From the NCBI GenBank assembly GCA_010093815.1, contig ML996566.1: a stretch of 64,000 nt of DNA; one strand, 5' to 3'. Each line of letters opens with the position of its first letter. Within the stretch, counting starts at the first letter, position 1. Under the pieces are notes generated by a model, which was not told the DNA's origin, searched no databases, and saw nothing but the letters and a program-made list of their open reading frames with translations. The position numbers and the translations under genes are program-made. The DNA comes from Pseudovirgaria hyperparasitica (taxonomy: Eukaryota). Positions 12,046-23,814 of the stretch are shown piece after piece.

Positions 12046-13358
12046 CTACTTCTCTATCTTATTATCCGTCCTAATCTCTAGTATAGTCCTCTCTAACCGC
12101 ACGATATGGCGGTAGAGGACGACGACCTTAGCCTCTAGAGTAATAACCCGATCCGTTAGAGCCTAGAGGGAAGAGCCTTAAGCGCCGGAGCGTAGCGACT
12201 AGGTCTAAAGTTAGCTAACACGATCTAGAATAATCTAGAAGGGAATATATACCCTCTTACGAGGCGACTTAGAGAGAGAAATAGTAGACCTCTTATAAGA
12301 TCCGTTAGTAGCGCGAGACGGACGGGGGGGAATAGAGCGAATCCTCTCTACGGCCTCTATAGCTAGAATAGACTCCCTAGAATAGGTAGCCTAGGCGCTA
12401 GGGATCTCGCGGCGGCTAGAAAAATTAATGGGTGTTAAAAATAATTAACGTGCTCGTAACTTATACTTTAATAACCTCTAGGAAGAGCTTATAGCGCTCC
12501 CTAAACTCCCTCTATATAGTAGGTAGGCGGCTATAAGGACCCCTAAGGGTCTCGCGGATACGAAGGTCGTTATATATATCTTATATATATATAGGAACCT
12601 AAGAATATATTAGCGCGGACTACTTTAGATCATACTAGATTAAGATAGCCTATTATACTTACCTATAGATAAGTCTTACTAGTCACGGTATAGCGGCGGT
12701 AGCGGGTAGGTAGAGTAAAGATAGGGTATATAGGCCCGTCGCGGTTAGTAGAGTAGTAGCTAATACTAGAGTTAGAGCGAAAGAGATATTTAGAGCCGGC
12801 CGTATAGCCCTTAATGCACTTATAGTATATCGAACCGTAGTTCGCCGTTTTTCTATGGCGTAAACCGCGACCACGTTTAGTATCCTCGGCGACCTAGGCC
12901 TTATTATTAGTAGGCTAGAGTTTAGAGCGAATATTAAGGTCCTAAAAGGACCTAGAGCGACTAAATCGGTCTATATTGGACCGGAAGGAAGAGCGGCGAG
13001 ACGGCGGCGTGGGTAAGCGCGAGGGCTCGCGATCATCGTCTATGACGAGATCTTCTTTATCCTCTAGAGGAGGTAGAGTAGATAGCGTACGCTTTAGAGT
13101 GAGAGGAGAACCTATAACTACTTTATCTATAAGTTTAGTACTAGGATTACCTAGATTAGAGCGACTAGTAGCCATATTAGTGGCAGAGGTAGCAGTAGTA
13201 GTAGCCCTAGCTACTCTCTTCTCCGACTTAGAGCGCGCCTTTATACCACCGCGATAGGTAGGCTTCTTAGCCGGCGTGGCCGGGGAGGAGGCGATGCCTT
13301 TAGAGCGAGTCTTACGAGAGGAGGAGGTAGGCTTAGAGATAGGACTAGTATTAGATAT
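12046..13358 (-). pseudogene. Spliced antisense accessory gene inside the Gypsy element (4 coding exons, 384 codons; Cys-cluster plus coiled-coil protein), RIP-damaged
   Basis: Exons 13358-12663, 12598-12465, 12415-12253 and 12204-12046 join in one frame (696+134+163+159 nt). Introns of 64, 49 and 48 bp carry GTAAGT/ATAAGT/GTATAT donors, branch-like sites (GCTAAT, TTAAT, GCTAAC) and TAG acceptors. The internal stops read are TAG/TAA, as expected from RIP of CAG/CAA/TGG. Confidence 0.7.
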
Positions 13359-13820
13359 CTATATATACACGTTAGCTAGAGATCTAAGGAAGGAATATTT
13401 ATCTACCCTTAACGGCGATTAACGAAGCTAAATTAGTAACCGTAATAACGCGAATAGGTTATATAGGACCGGTTCTAATAAGAATAGACTACTATAGACC
13501 CTTCTAAACCTAAACTAGGGAAGATAGTATATGAATTAACGACTTACCTTAAGAGCGAGGTAGATATACTAGAGAATAAAATTAAAGGCGAGCGAAGCTA
13601 AATATATGCTCGACTAAAGTAGTAATTATATATCCTAGGTAGTAGCCACGAAGTAAGGGATAAGCGCGTGCATGAACTAATAAAAGTAAACTAGAATCTC
13701 GAGTTCACCTATATTAAGGATGGTTATAACGTTATAGGAACTTAGTCACGGATATATAGGTATACGATAGATTATAGAGACTTAGAATTATATATACTTA
13801 AGTACTTTAGGGCGAAGCAT

Positions 13821-13834
13821 AAAAAGAAGAAGGA
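13821..13834 (+). other. Polypurine tract (plus-strand primer)
   Basis: AAAAAGAAGAAGGA ends 3 nt before the 3' LTR. Confidence 0.8.
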
Positions 13835-13837
13835 TAT

Positions 13838-14075
13838 TATTAGGACGGGAACCATAACGGACCTATATAGACTATTCTAATCCATGTAGCCACGTAGTGG
13901 CTAGAGCTGGGTTAAGTTAGCTAAGTTAAGTAAGGTCACTATATAAGTGGACCGCATAAACCGATTCCTACTCGTTAGGAATCAACCTCGTATAAGAGTA
14001 AGATTACTCTATAAATACATTCCTATGTCTCTCTATGAACTGTTAGACTACTATCCCACGTCTTCACTCTTTATA
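13838..14075 (+). repeat. 3' LTR
   Basis: Direct repeat of 6033-6270 with no indels; about 14 differences by eye, all transitions. Confidence 0.95.
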
Positions 14076-14080
14076 CTTAT

Positions 14081-15830
14081 ATAGTTTACCTTATTAAACG
14101 CCCCTACTATATCTAGGGAGAGTAGCGTAACGACTCGTCCTTATTTCTATATAGTCTAGATAACCTTAAGGATATATTAAATAGCTATAATTAGGGAGCT
14201 TTCTACCTTCGCCTTCTGGTTTACTAGGAGAAGGCCGTATACCTATACTACTATACTTATCTTCTTAGTAATCGTAGCTTCTAGTACCTTACTAAGGTAG
14301 AAGAGGAGGGCGATCGGCCTCTATCCCTTCGGCGTGTTTAGGCTCTTCTCTAGTTTTAGGAGTATAACCGTATATATAGTTTAGAAGCTCTATGGGTAGT
14401 ATCCTATACGGGCGTATACTTAGAATATATAGCCTATAATTAGTAAGGTCGCCTATATGGTTCTCTTAAGGCATCAATTCGGAATTCTATCTAGCCCGGG
14501 CGCTTTATCGTTCGGGAGTATCTTAATGGCGCTAAGTATATCGTCGTCCGTGATTTCCCTAGGGATACTTATAGTTTCCGGGTATTCCGTGCCGTTAATA
14601 TCTAATAGGTCTATAGGTTCTAGGAGAGGGAATATAACCTCTTATAGGATCTCTATTTTCTCGAGGCTTATAGAGTATGTCTTTTCTTAATATATAAGGG
14701 GAGGTATAAGTGGTGTAGGTGTCGGGGAGGCGGTACTTTTAGCCTATTTTACTATATACCATAGTCTAGTAGTATTACGTGTGTGTCTATCCGTAACTAT
14801 ACGCTACTATTTACGTCGCTTATTACGGAGGACCTTATCTCGTTATCTTCTCGTCTCTCTCTATTTATCCTATACTTTAGGTATGCGGTTATAGTATACG
14901 TATATATATAATCTCCGGACTTCTCGCCTATACTCTCGTACTTAAGGTATACTTTTTAGGTCTAGGGGTCTATATATTTAGTACGGCACGTGTTTATCTC
15001 TTACTCCCTAGTATACCTATAGAAGTATATTTACGGCCTAGTCGATGGCCGGGCCATTAGATATGTCGACTATAGACGGGTCTAGGATCGTTAATTCTAG
15101 GTTCTTTAGGTACTTTTCCTAGTTAGTATCCTTCTATAGCTATCGCCCTCGTTAGTCTTAAGGGGTAGATACGTCTATTACGGTCTCTATATATTTATAG
15201 TCGGAGTCTATCTATATAAGGCTTAGGCGGTAGTATTAAGTCCTATTATAAATGTGTTTAGTAGCTAGGGTAAGGTCGAGTATAGATCCGCCCTTATCTT
15301 ATTTATATTTTCGCTAGGTAATCTATTCTACTAGTATAAGAAGGTAAAGGAAGTAGTGGTATTAGGTGTATAGTTCTCTAGCTCGAAGCTCTTCGCGGGT
15401 GACGGTTAGTCTATCCTACTAGCTATAATAGAGGTTAAAGTCTTCTAGAAGGATATGTTATCCTAGCTTAGTAGTACCCTTAAGCATATTATCTACCTAA
15501 AGCGATCGGTTCTAATTATATATATTATATATATAGAGGGGTCCGATATTCGTCTAGAGGTGTAGTATTATCTAGAGGTTATCCTATTTAGTATATAACT
15601 ATAATAAGAGTAGGATAGACTTATAGATATGGAAGAGGACTCTCCTCTCCGGTCCTAGGGGGTATATTATATAATATTCTAGGTGTGTTATTGGTTTGTT
15701 CGTCTGGTAGTATTTATATAGCTTCTATATAGTAAGTATTATAGCTCCGGTCTCCTTAAGGAGTATCGCCTGGTTCTTACGTTTATACTATACGTTTACC
15801 TATATAATTAGGAGTATATCTTAGTCTCTT
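14081..15830 (-). pseudogene. LINE ORF2 5' half: APE endonuclease and start of reverse transcriptase
   Basis: RIP-reverted motifs IIQANVQH, ILAIQEPY, HILLGDFNLHH, VLDLTLAT, IDSDH, then RPIALL and LLSLDIxGAFDKV immediately before the Gypsy insertion. Confidence 0.85.
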
Positions 15831-15834
15831 ATTA

Positions 15835-17292
15835 GGTGCTAGGGAATATATAGACCTATATATTTATTCCTCTAAGATGCGACTATCCTCATACGGCGGC
15901 GGCCTTAGTAATTCCTTAGGGCTATTCTATTATTAGCTTTCTTAGGATGGTTTACTATTCCTAACCGCTTCCTCGTAAGGAGGTAGTCTATAGTAGTAGT
16001 ATTATAGTAAAGAGAGGAACGGTAGTAGATCGCATCGTTTATAGCTACCTTACTCCCTTTATCCGGATTAAGTAGATATATTTAGTAACCTATTTACGTT
16101 TCGCGTACGTAGTCGACTATAACGGGTACTTACTATCGTAGTTAGAGTACTTCGCCGTATCCCTATCTCTCTAGCCCTCTCCTTATATCCCGTAGAGGCA
16201 CTCCTAGGTACTATATTCTTATCGATACTACCTATACCTAGTCTTTTAGGAGTACCGCTATGCCGTATACCTATATCTCTAATAGTTAAAGCACTATATT
16301 ATCGCCTATACTCTATCCCATGGTTCCGCTATAAGAAGCTCCCCTTCTACTAGGAATCCCTCTTACGTAATTTAATACGCGAGGGCGGGGTCCTTAAGCT
16401 CTACTATTATAGTAGAGTATACCTTTAATCTAGTTTTAATCCCTTATATATTCTTCTACCATACTCTTACGATCTTAATCCCTAGGTATTTTCGCTTATT
16501 TAACTATTCTATCCGCGTAATATCCTCTTCTCCGATAACCTATCCGCTTACGGGTATAGAGTATACCTATATTAGGTATATGGCCGCCCTAATAGAGGCG
16601 CCTAGGAAGATACTACTAATCGCGTTCGGATCGCGCGAGATAGTCTACTACACGATATTCGTTATTATGGTAAGTACTACTCCTTCTAGTATAAGTTTAG
16701 TAGTAATAATATTTAACTATATTCCCTTTTATTCGTTAATCTTACTTACTATATCCTTTAGGGATGCTTACTAGACCTATACTAGGGTGTCCTTATTCTA
16801 GATTATAACGCGTATACTATACGCCGCGTCGCCGGTCCGGGGGGCCCGTAGTATAGCCTCCGGTGTTACTACTATTTATACCTATATACTAGGGCGCTTA
16901 CCTTAAGTAAGTTCCTCCTAGATTCTATATAGGCTAGCCTCTATTCGGTTAAGCCTACCCTCCGGTTCTCCTAGTTATATCTTCTTCTCCTCCTCTATAA
17001 TTCTCTTTAGGTTCCGGATAAGGTCCTAGAATATATATAGGAGGGTCTTCTAGCCCTCTCCGGCTTCCTTCTCTATATATACTACCTAGTAGTTAATATA
17101 ATCTAGAAGGGTTTCCCCTCTTAGGGTCCCCTTTATTCCGTCTATCTATAGCGGCGTGCGCCTTTAGGTATATTCTACGTTTTAGATAGGTATATAGCTA
17201 CCCTTAGTAATATCGCTATATAGCCTTTTCTATTATACCGGTGGGGGTATATCCGGTATATACTAGGGTATATCGGTGCCTAAGGCCACTAT
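15835..17292 (-). pseudogene. LINE ORF1 (gag-like nucleic-acid-binding protein), RIP-destroyed
   Basis: Around 16105-16290, reverting TA to CA/TG gives QCFNCQRYGHTAQRC, RCGQCRQEHSTQEC and KCSNCDGKHPSWSTTC. Probable start ATA (ex-ATG) at 17292. The 3' boundary is approximate. Confidence 0.8.
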
Positions 17293-17293
17293 A

Positions 17294-17326
17294 TTTATTA
17301 GTTAAGGGCTACCCTTAACTAATAAA
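17294..17326. repeat. Perfect hairpin (15-bp stem, CTA loop) in the LINE 5' UTR, same core as 4456-4490
   Basis: TTTATTAGTTAAGGG-CTA-CCCTTAACTAATAAA. Confidence 0.9.
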
Positions 17327-18287
17327 AGGGGGTCGGCGTATTGGCGTTCTAGTAGTGTAGTCCGTGCCTCTATCTCCGTAAGGATTTTAAGAGGGTATAT
17401 ATATATCTTTATACGGCGATAACGTCTTAGTTTCGACGCTATATGTACGTACGTGTGGTAGTAGTTAGTGTACTTAGTATACTCTATTGATTAAGGTATG
17501 TATCTCGCTGTATTACCCCGAATGGACTAAGTTGGCCTCTTGGGGATGTAAAAGAAGTTTTTTATCTATAATATATCCATTAGATTCTATATGAATACTT
17601 TATATAAGAATATGTTGTAGAATAGCTCTATTACTATCATTCTCAAGATAATTTATAAGAGAATGAATCTCTGATAGATATATTGGAAGGCTTGTAGACA
17701 TATTTCGAGCAGCGAGTGAGAAACAGCCGACAGAAGCCACGCAACAGGAGGTCTCAATACTCACTAACTGTTTTGACTTCATTTTTGTGACGCGGCCTTT
17801 GCGCAGGAACACATCAGCGATCGGTGAGTATTGAGACACCCGGTTGTGCTGAAGCGGTCACGCATCAGCATGTAAGATGTCTAATTCGTAACGCCCGCTT
17901 GCACCACCTGGTCAACGATAACTAGACATTGAACAGGTAACAGCATCGAGGCTTTGTGGTATGTCTCGCAAAGGGGCGCGTCCTACACGCTCCAACCTGG
18001 CATTGACAGAGAACTTTCGTTGGGATGTGGCTGTGACTGTTTTACTCAGACCCTGCTACTATCTTACAAGTGGAGAGGCAGGTTAGACAGCTTGCAGCCC
18101 TCCTCATCAGGGGATTTATGATAAATGAGCGTGAATTCCGACTATTTACTCTACTTGATAGAACAAACTTCACCTTCTGCCTTTGGTCTTCGCGTGTATT
18201 CTAGGAGAACGCAATATACGAAAAGCCCCTGACTCAACCAAAGTCTGGTACATTACAGAAGGAACTCGTCTCACGGAAACTAGCACG

Positions 18288-18896
18288 ATGCCATCTGATA
18301 AGAAACGGTTATACATAGCTCTCTATGCTCGAGGGGGTACTCCTCAGATGCCACGCGGTGAAGACAAGTAAGTACTCGGAACGTGAATCCCGACTACACT
18401 CTAATATCTATACTTAAGGTATCACTGGGCATTCATAATCGGTCCAAAAGTTGAAACGGACACTACGAAAGGGAGACGCTGTCATGTGAAGGAGTCTGTG
18501 CAATTTATTGAAGGCACTCCATATACTACGTGGGCGTTTGAGGACCGCGAGATCTCTACCATGCCCACGGCGATGATACTTGTTCGAGTATTGATAGGAA
18601 AAGTTGAAAATCTTGACCGGCTGAGACGCGTTTTTGCCGCCACACCTATTCGTGCCGGACAAGACGGCTTCCAAGCTTGGAACTGTGTTTGGTGGATTCA
18701 AGAAGCCTTTAATGCTGCGATGGCAGACAGAGCGGCACTAGGAACTCGCCTCGCCGACTGGGAGAGAGCAAGGAGCATTAGTATGTGGTATGTGACCAAA
18801 AAGACTATGGAGCATCGCTTCGACGGACAAGGAGACTTTAACAATGATAAGATAGCAACCTGGGACGCGATTGAAAACAAGGAGATAGTTGCTTAA
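18288..18896 (+). CDS. Conserved fungal hypothetical protein (DUF6914-like); intron 18368-18418
   Basis: MPSDKKRLYIALYARGG...EDK|YHWAFIIGPK...WNCVWWIQEA; GTAAGT..CTAAT..AAG intron restores the frame. Confidence 0.75.
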
Positions 18897-18912
18897 GGAT
18901 AGTTTCGGACAA

Positions 18913-19773
18913 CTATAGTTCCCCAAAATATTGACGCCTCAGGCTGTCCATTGCATATTCCGATTCGTATGGTTGCAAAAATTTATGCACTTCGCGATGC
19001 CACCAAGTATTCCGCATCACATCCTGTCGTATCGTGGTATACTCCCAATAGTAGGGCATCCACGCAGCAGTCTCCCAGTCTATGATTGCAACTATCTTGC
19101 CGTCGCGAACAAGTATATTGCGGGGATTGAGATCTCCATGTGTGAAGACCGGTCGATGAACGACTGAGTCGTGAAACGCGATTATTCGTTTTACATCTGC
19201 GATACAGACGGGGTCAAGCGAGCACGCTTCATGATCTAGTGCAGCAGAAGTCACATCATTCCGGAGTGTAAGATGGAAGTCGGAGACGGTATCGAATGGG
19301 CCCCAGGATGGCTTGAACGGCAGCCGGCAGTCGTGCAGCGGCCCACCGTCTACATTCGCGATGCCCTCGGATGGGGGAACGAGGCCCCGCAGCTCCTCAA
19401 GCATGCATTTCAACTGCAGTAAGATTGCTGATCGCGATGCCTCTGACAACGACGTCCATTTCGAACCTAGGGTGTCGCCATGGATTCTCTCCATGAGAAT
19501 GTATGTCTTGCCGCCATGTGCGAACGCGTGATGGACTGCCGGGACGGGAATGGACGTGTGCTTGGCAATGAATCGCTGGGTGTTTGCTTCCGTGTTCGAG
19601 CGCAGTTCTCCAGATTTGATGCAGATGTTGTGACAGAATAGTACGCTGTTGGGGCTGTTGATGACCTTTCTGTAGAGTTGATGACTTCCTAGTTTCACGA
19701 TTGCTCGGGTGAAGTATTCTAGAGCGATTCGTCGTCGTCGAGAAAGTTAGTTGGGGTGTTTAGTCTCGGCCAT
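18913..19773 (-). pseudogene. APH/choline-kinase-like phosphotransferase, with an in-frame TAA at codon 9
   Basis: EANTQRFIAKHTSIPVP, YILMERIHG, FTHGDLNPRNILV, IIDWETAAWMPYYWEY. The ATG at 19773 is in frame but followed by TAA at 19749-19747. Confidence 0.7.
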
Positions 19774-20134
19774 GCCCGACTATCAAGACGTTGTGACGCG
19801 TTCCATTATCGAACGTGACTATCGATCATTCTTCGATGTTGGTTGCACGCGCATCCATGGATCGGAAAAACCTTGTTTCCTCCGTCTAAAGCTTTTGTCA
19901 GCGCGACTGGCCCGCCTATACATAGTCCCTCTATTTCTATAGCGATTGAGTGTTTTGGTTATCATTGAACATAGTCGCTCTGATACAAAGAGATATATCT
20001 ATAGTATGCTATAGTGGTAAGAGAGCTTGATTTAGTAGACTACTACTTTAGATATCTAATCACGATAGAAAAACGACGTGTCGCGCACGGACGTACATCT
20101 ATGGATGCTAAGCCGGATGGGATGAGTCGATTCT

Positions 20135-20900
20135 ATACATCTCTTCAATTTTGGAAAAGTGGCCTCATAATCCCAAGTTGCGCTCTGCGAGTCCTGCATG
20201 ACGGTCTGTATTCTGCGCTCGCCTAACCTTATACCTCTGAGTTGGCGGCCATAACAGAGACTGCGAAAGCAAGTGTGTTTGCAGTAGTATCAAGTCCCAT
20301 AAAGTCTATTGCGAATATCTTGCCAATCACTTCGCTCAGCATCAAGCCTTTCGAGGATAGTTCCGGCAGGATCCTTCGAACCATTGGTTTGCGTGGTCTC
20401 TGCTTCGATGCGCCCCGGTACGGAAGAGCTCATGAGATCACCCGTGCCAGGCTTGCCAGCGTAGTTCGGATTGTGTGTGACACATGTCCATCATGTAATC
20501 CCTGAAATTTTGAGTCGCTTGGGCCTAGGAGATGTAGCTTCTTGGAGAGAAAGAGAAGAACAACACTTCCGTGGGAAAGAACATCAAGGTCAGGGCCTTA
20601 ATCATAACCGCCTTCAGATCCTCTCTATAATCCTTTGCCTCAGGAGTACCGTCTCTCATGTTGTGAGATGGTCGAAACTTGTAAGATCTTATGAAGCCGG
20701 TTTCAGCCAGGACATTCAGGGGTAGTGTTTGTATATCTCGCGCTATTCCAGAAGCACCAGATTCAATATACGACAGCCACGCTGTGAGCATGTCGGTGCA
20801 TTGTGTCAGCATCGCGGCCTAAACAAGCTTCATTGTGCCTTCAGTGAAAGGCGCCACGAGAAGCTTTCGTTGTAAGCACAAGCCAAAACTGATTTATCGC
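20135..20900 (-). pseudogene. Cytochrome P450 relic
   Basis: QRKLLVAPFTEGTMKLV*; TLPLNVLAETGFIRSYKF; I-helix GLDTTANTLAFAVSVMAANSEV*; TWDYEATFPKLKRC. Multiple stops and frameshifts; no heme-binding Cys region seen. Confidence 0.75.
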
Positions 20901-21378
20901 GTCTACTTAGATGCGTACAGCCGATACTCCGAGGACTTTGGCGCGCTCGACATTCCTTTCTAGAGCGGCCATGCTCGACACCAAGTACCAAGATGTCAGC
21001 GCAAGGAGAACAGCCAGTAAAACTCTCTTGTGACCATCTCGACATTGAAGATGGAGGTTTCGTGAGCGGGTTTTAGCACGGACGTGGCTTGGTAGCGATC
21101 AGTGAATACCTGCGTACCGAAAAGCGAGAGTTGTGCTGTGTGGCGTAGTTCTTGATTCACTAGGATCAGGCTCACTTTAGGGCTAGTGAGCTGGCGGCTT
21201 GGGCGTTTCTAGGATCAAGCGTGTGCCACGACAGAGTCACGACTACATTGTTTTGCATTAAATCTCTGGGTCCGTTGTGAGGCTCGCTGCAGCGACGTGC
21301 AGTAGAAAGCTCAACCAACGACCTCTTTCCTCGTTCACAGCAACACTCTCTACTACCCATTCGCGATCAAAATCGCTG

Positions 21379-23814
21379 ATGGCAGCTGAGCCTAAGATGG
21401 AAACACAATATATCGCGGGCGCGGTCGTCGGGGTGAGCAGAAGAAAGAAATACAATGGCTGCCAGCTGATATCAGTTATTAGCACTTGACGGCAGATTCC
21501 ATCAACGGCACCGATTCAGGGCTTCACTCCATTGCATCTGTTTCACAGATTGGGGCCATTGTTCCCGTCACCCTGTTCTCCTCAGAAGACACGGTCTTAA
21601 ACCCCTCAGGCATTATCAACACCATACAGAAGTTTCGCACCACAGATGACGTATTCTCTGATTACTTTTTGACTGGTCACGTATTGGTTCAGAGTGCTGA
21701 GCTTGTGACTCGAGAGCAGGTCTTTAGAGAGTTCATTGGGACTATCTCAGGCGGGTCTGATCAGTGGCTCGTCCAGCGGGTCGATCTTGTGGCATATGAC
21801 AGTGTCAAGAGTAGCTTGCCAAGTGGACCTTATTTCCTGGAAGGTCCTTTGGTCAGAAAGGCGTACAGACTATATGGTGATTCACTTGAATCATTCCAGG
21901 CTGCGGTCCTGCCTGCAGAGGACGGGGGAGATTACAGGTTGGTAGGCATGAGTTTCGGAGAAGCAATAACTTGCTAATCTAGGATAGCTTTGTTGAGCTT
22001 CATAAACCTATAAGAAAAAACAATGGCGCCTGGATTCAGTCAATTGCCGTACCCAGCCGCTGCTACAGCAAGCCAACCAAAGACAAGCCACTCTCTGGAG
22101 TTCGAGTCTCAGTCAAAGACAACTACGCACTAGCAGGATTGAAGACAGGGAATCAGAACAAGGCCTTTTTCGCGACTTATGAGCCCGAGCAGGAGTCGGC
22201 TGAATATGTCAAGCGCCTAATCGACCTTGGCGCCGTGATTGTCGGAAAGACCAAATTGTCGTCTTTCGCATCTAGTGAGAAGCCTTGCGACTGGTGGGAG
22301 TTTCAGTGCCCGTTCAACGCTCGAGGCGACGGCCAGTTAAACCCAGGTCAAAGCACGACCGGAGGAGCGACTGCAGCGGGTGGATATGACTGGCTCGACA
22401 TTTCCATCGGCAGTGATAGTAAGTATGCATATCTACTGCGTGGTGATATGACTGATCTGAGAATGAAAGCATTTGGCAGTGTCCGAGAGCCAGCCGCCCA
22501 GAATGCTGTCTATGGTATCCGATTCAGTACGGATGTGGCTGTGCCGATGGGGGGCGTGTACCCAAGTTCACCGTTCGTCATCTTGTCTGTATACAATCTG
22601 CCCAACTAAATTGAGAAGTGTCTTTGACGTCATTGGAATCCTCGGTCGCGATCTTGCTGCATTCAGTACTTTCGCTAAAAGTACGGTGAATTCAGTTATA
22701 AGGACTTACGACAAGGTACATCGAAGTTGAAACATTAAGTCTAAGGCATACTCACTCGTGACACAGTGGCCTCAACGGATATTGTACCCTACAGACTTCT
22801 TCCCGAGTGGTGAGAAAGCCCAGCAACAGTTCTGGGATGGGTTCGTGACAGTACTCGAGGATTTCCTTGGCGTCAAGAAGGAGTCAATAAGTATTGAGCA
22901 GACTTGGAATGATGAGCCTCCTGCAGCGGCTGCAGGCAGGGACTACAAAACTTTCACGAAATATGTGAGCTAGAAGAGTCTCAGGTATCGAACGACCAAC
23001 ACTGAAATCCCAATAGCTTGCTGCCAACCCGTTCTACTACGATGGTTACCACGAGTACGAATACTTCCGCGCGGATCATCTAGCAAAATTTGGGACGAAG
23101 GCATATGTTTCGCCGCATATGCAATGGAAATGGTAAAGCCAGTCGATGACTCGCTGGAGGCTCCTAGTTAACTCGAAGGCAGGGATATAGGCGCAAACTT
23201 ATCAAAATCAGATTACGAACAGTCAAAGAAGGACATCGTCCTGTTTAGAAAATGGTTCGACACAAAGATAATGGGCAAATCGTCCGGATCAGGAACAGAC
23301 GCTATCCTGGTTCTACCAGTCGGACCAGGCGCTCCAGTGTACCGTGATCAGTTCGTAGTACCGACGCCACGTCTCGGGCTAGATGCTCTGAACCTTGCGG
23401 CGGCTCTTGCATTGCCACATGCGGTATTTCCTAGTAAGCTTTAATAGAGTTATTGTGCTTCGACGTCTCTAACTGAAAGCAGTTGGCCAGGTCCCGTACG
23501 ACTCGCCTAAGAGCGGCCGCAAAGAGTATCTTCCGATTGCAGGATCTATAGCTGGAGCAAGCGGTATGTGTATAAGGTTCTTCACAGATACCATACCTAA
23601 TGTGCTGAATGCAGGAAGCGACCTGGTCCTTATCGACCTAGTCCATCGAGCTTTGATGAAGGCAGTATGGCCTACCACCATCAAGGCTGGACGGACTGCT
23701 TTCGATGACGATCGAACCCTCGACATGTCGGTCACAGCGCAAGTAGCAATGCTTGGGGTGGTAGGAAGCGAGGATCTAACCGACACAAAGCTTGTACAAC
23801 AGCAGAAGAACTGA
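21379..23814 (+). CDS. Amidase signature (Ser-cisSer-Lys) family protein, multi-exon
   Basis: SVKDN (Lys), GAVIVGKTKLSSFA, PFNARGDG, PGQSTTGG, and IGSD|TFGSVR after splicing. About 9 canonical short introns keep the frame. The start (21379 or 21398) is uncertain. Confidence 0.85.

Larger units (their letters stand above)
6033..14075 (+). mobile_element. Complete Ty3/Gypsy LTR retrotransposon (chromovirus), RIP-inactivated, 8043 bp
   Basis: Two 238-bp LTRs, a 5-bp TSD CTTAT (6028-6032 and 14076-14080), a polypurine tract before the 3' LTR, and gag-PR-RT-RH-IN-chromodomain order. Confidence 0.95.
4222..17573 (-). mobile_element. Full-length Tad1-clade-like LINE (non-LTR retrotransposon), RIP-inactivated, interrupted by a Gypsy insertion; ~5.3 kb without the insert
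   Basis: ORF1 with three CCHC knuckles, APE endonuclease and RT motifs (RIP-reverted). An (ATT)n tail lies at 4221-4236 on the element strand. Flanking direct repeat TGTCTATTAGATTCTATA (4204-4221) / TATCCATTAGATTCTATA (17574-17591) differs only by RIP-type transitions. Confidence 0.9.

Noticed and set aside
17600..17839. 79-aa minus-strand ORF running towards the LINE insertion site (possible disrupted host gene)
   Set aside because: Non-ATG start, and no recognisable continuation on the other side of the reconstructed empty site.
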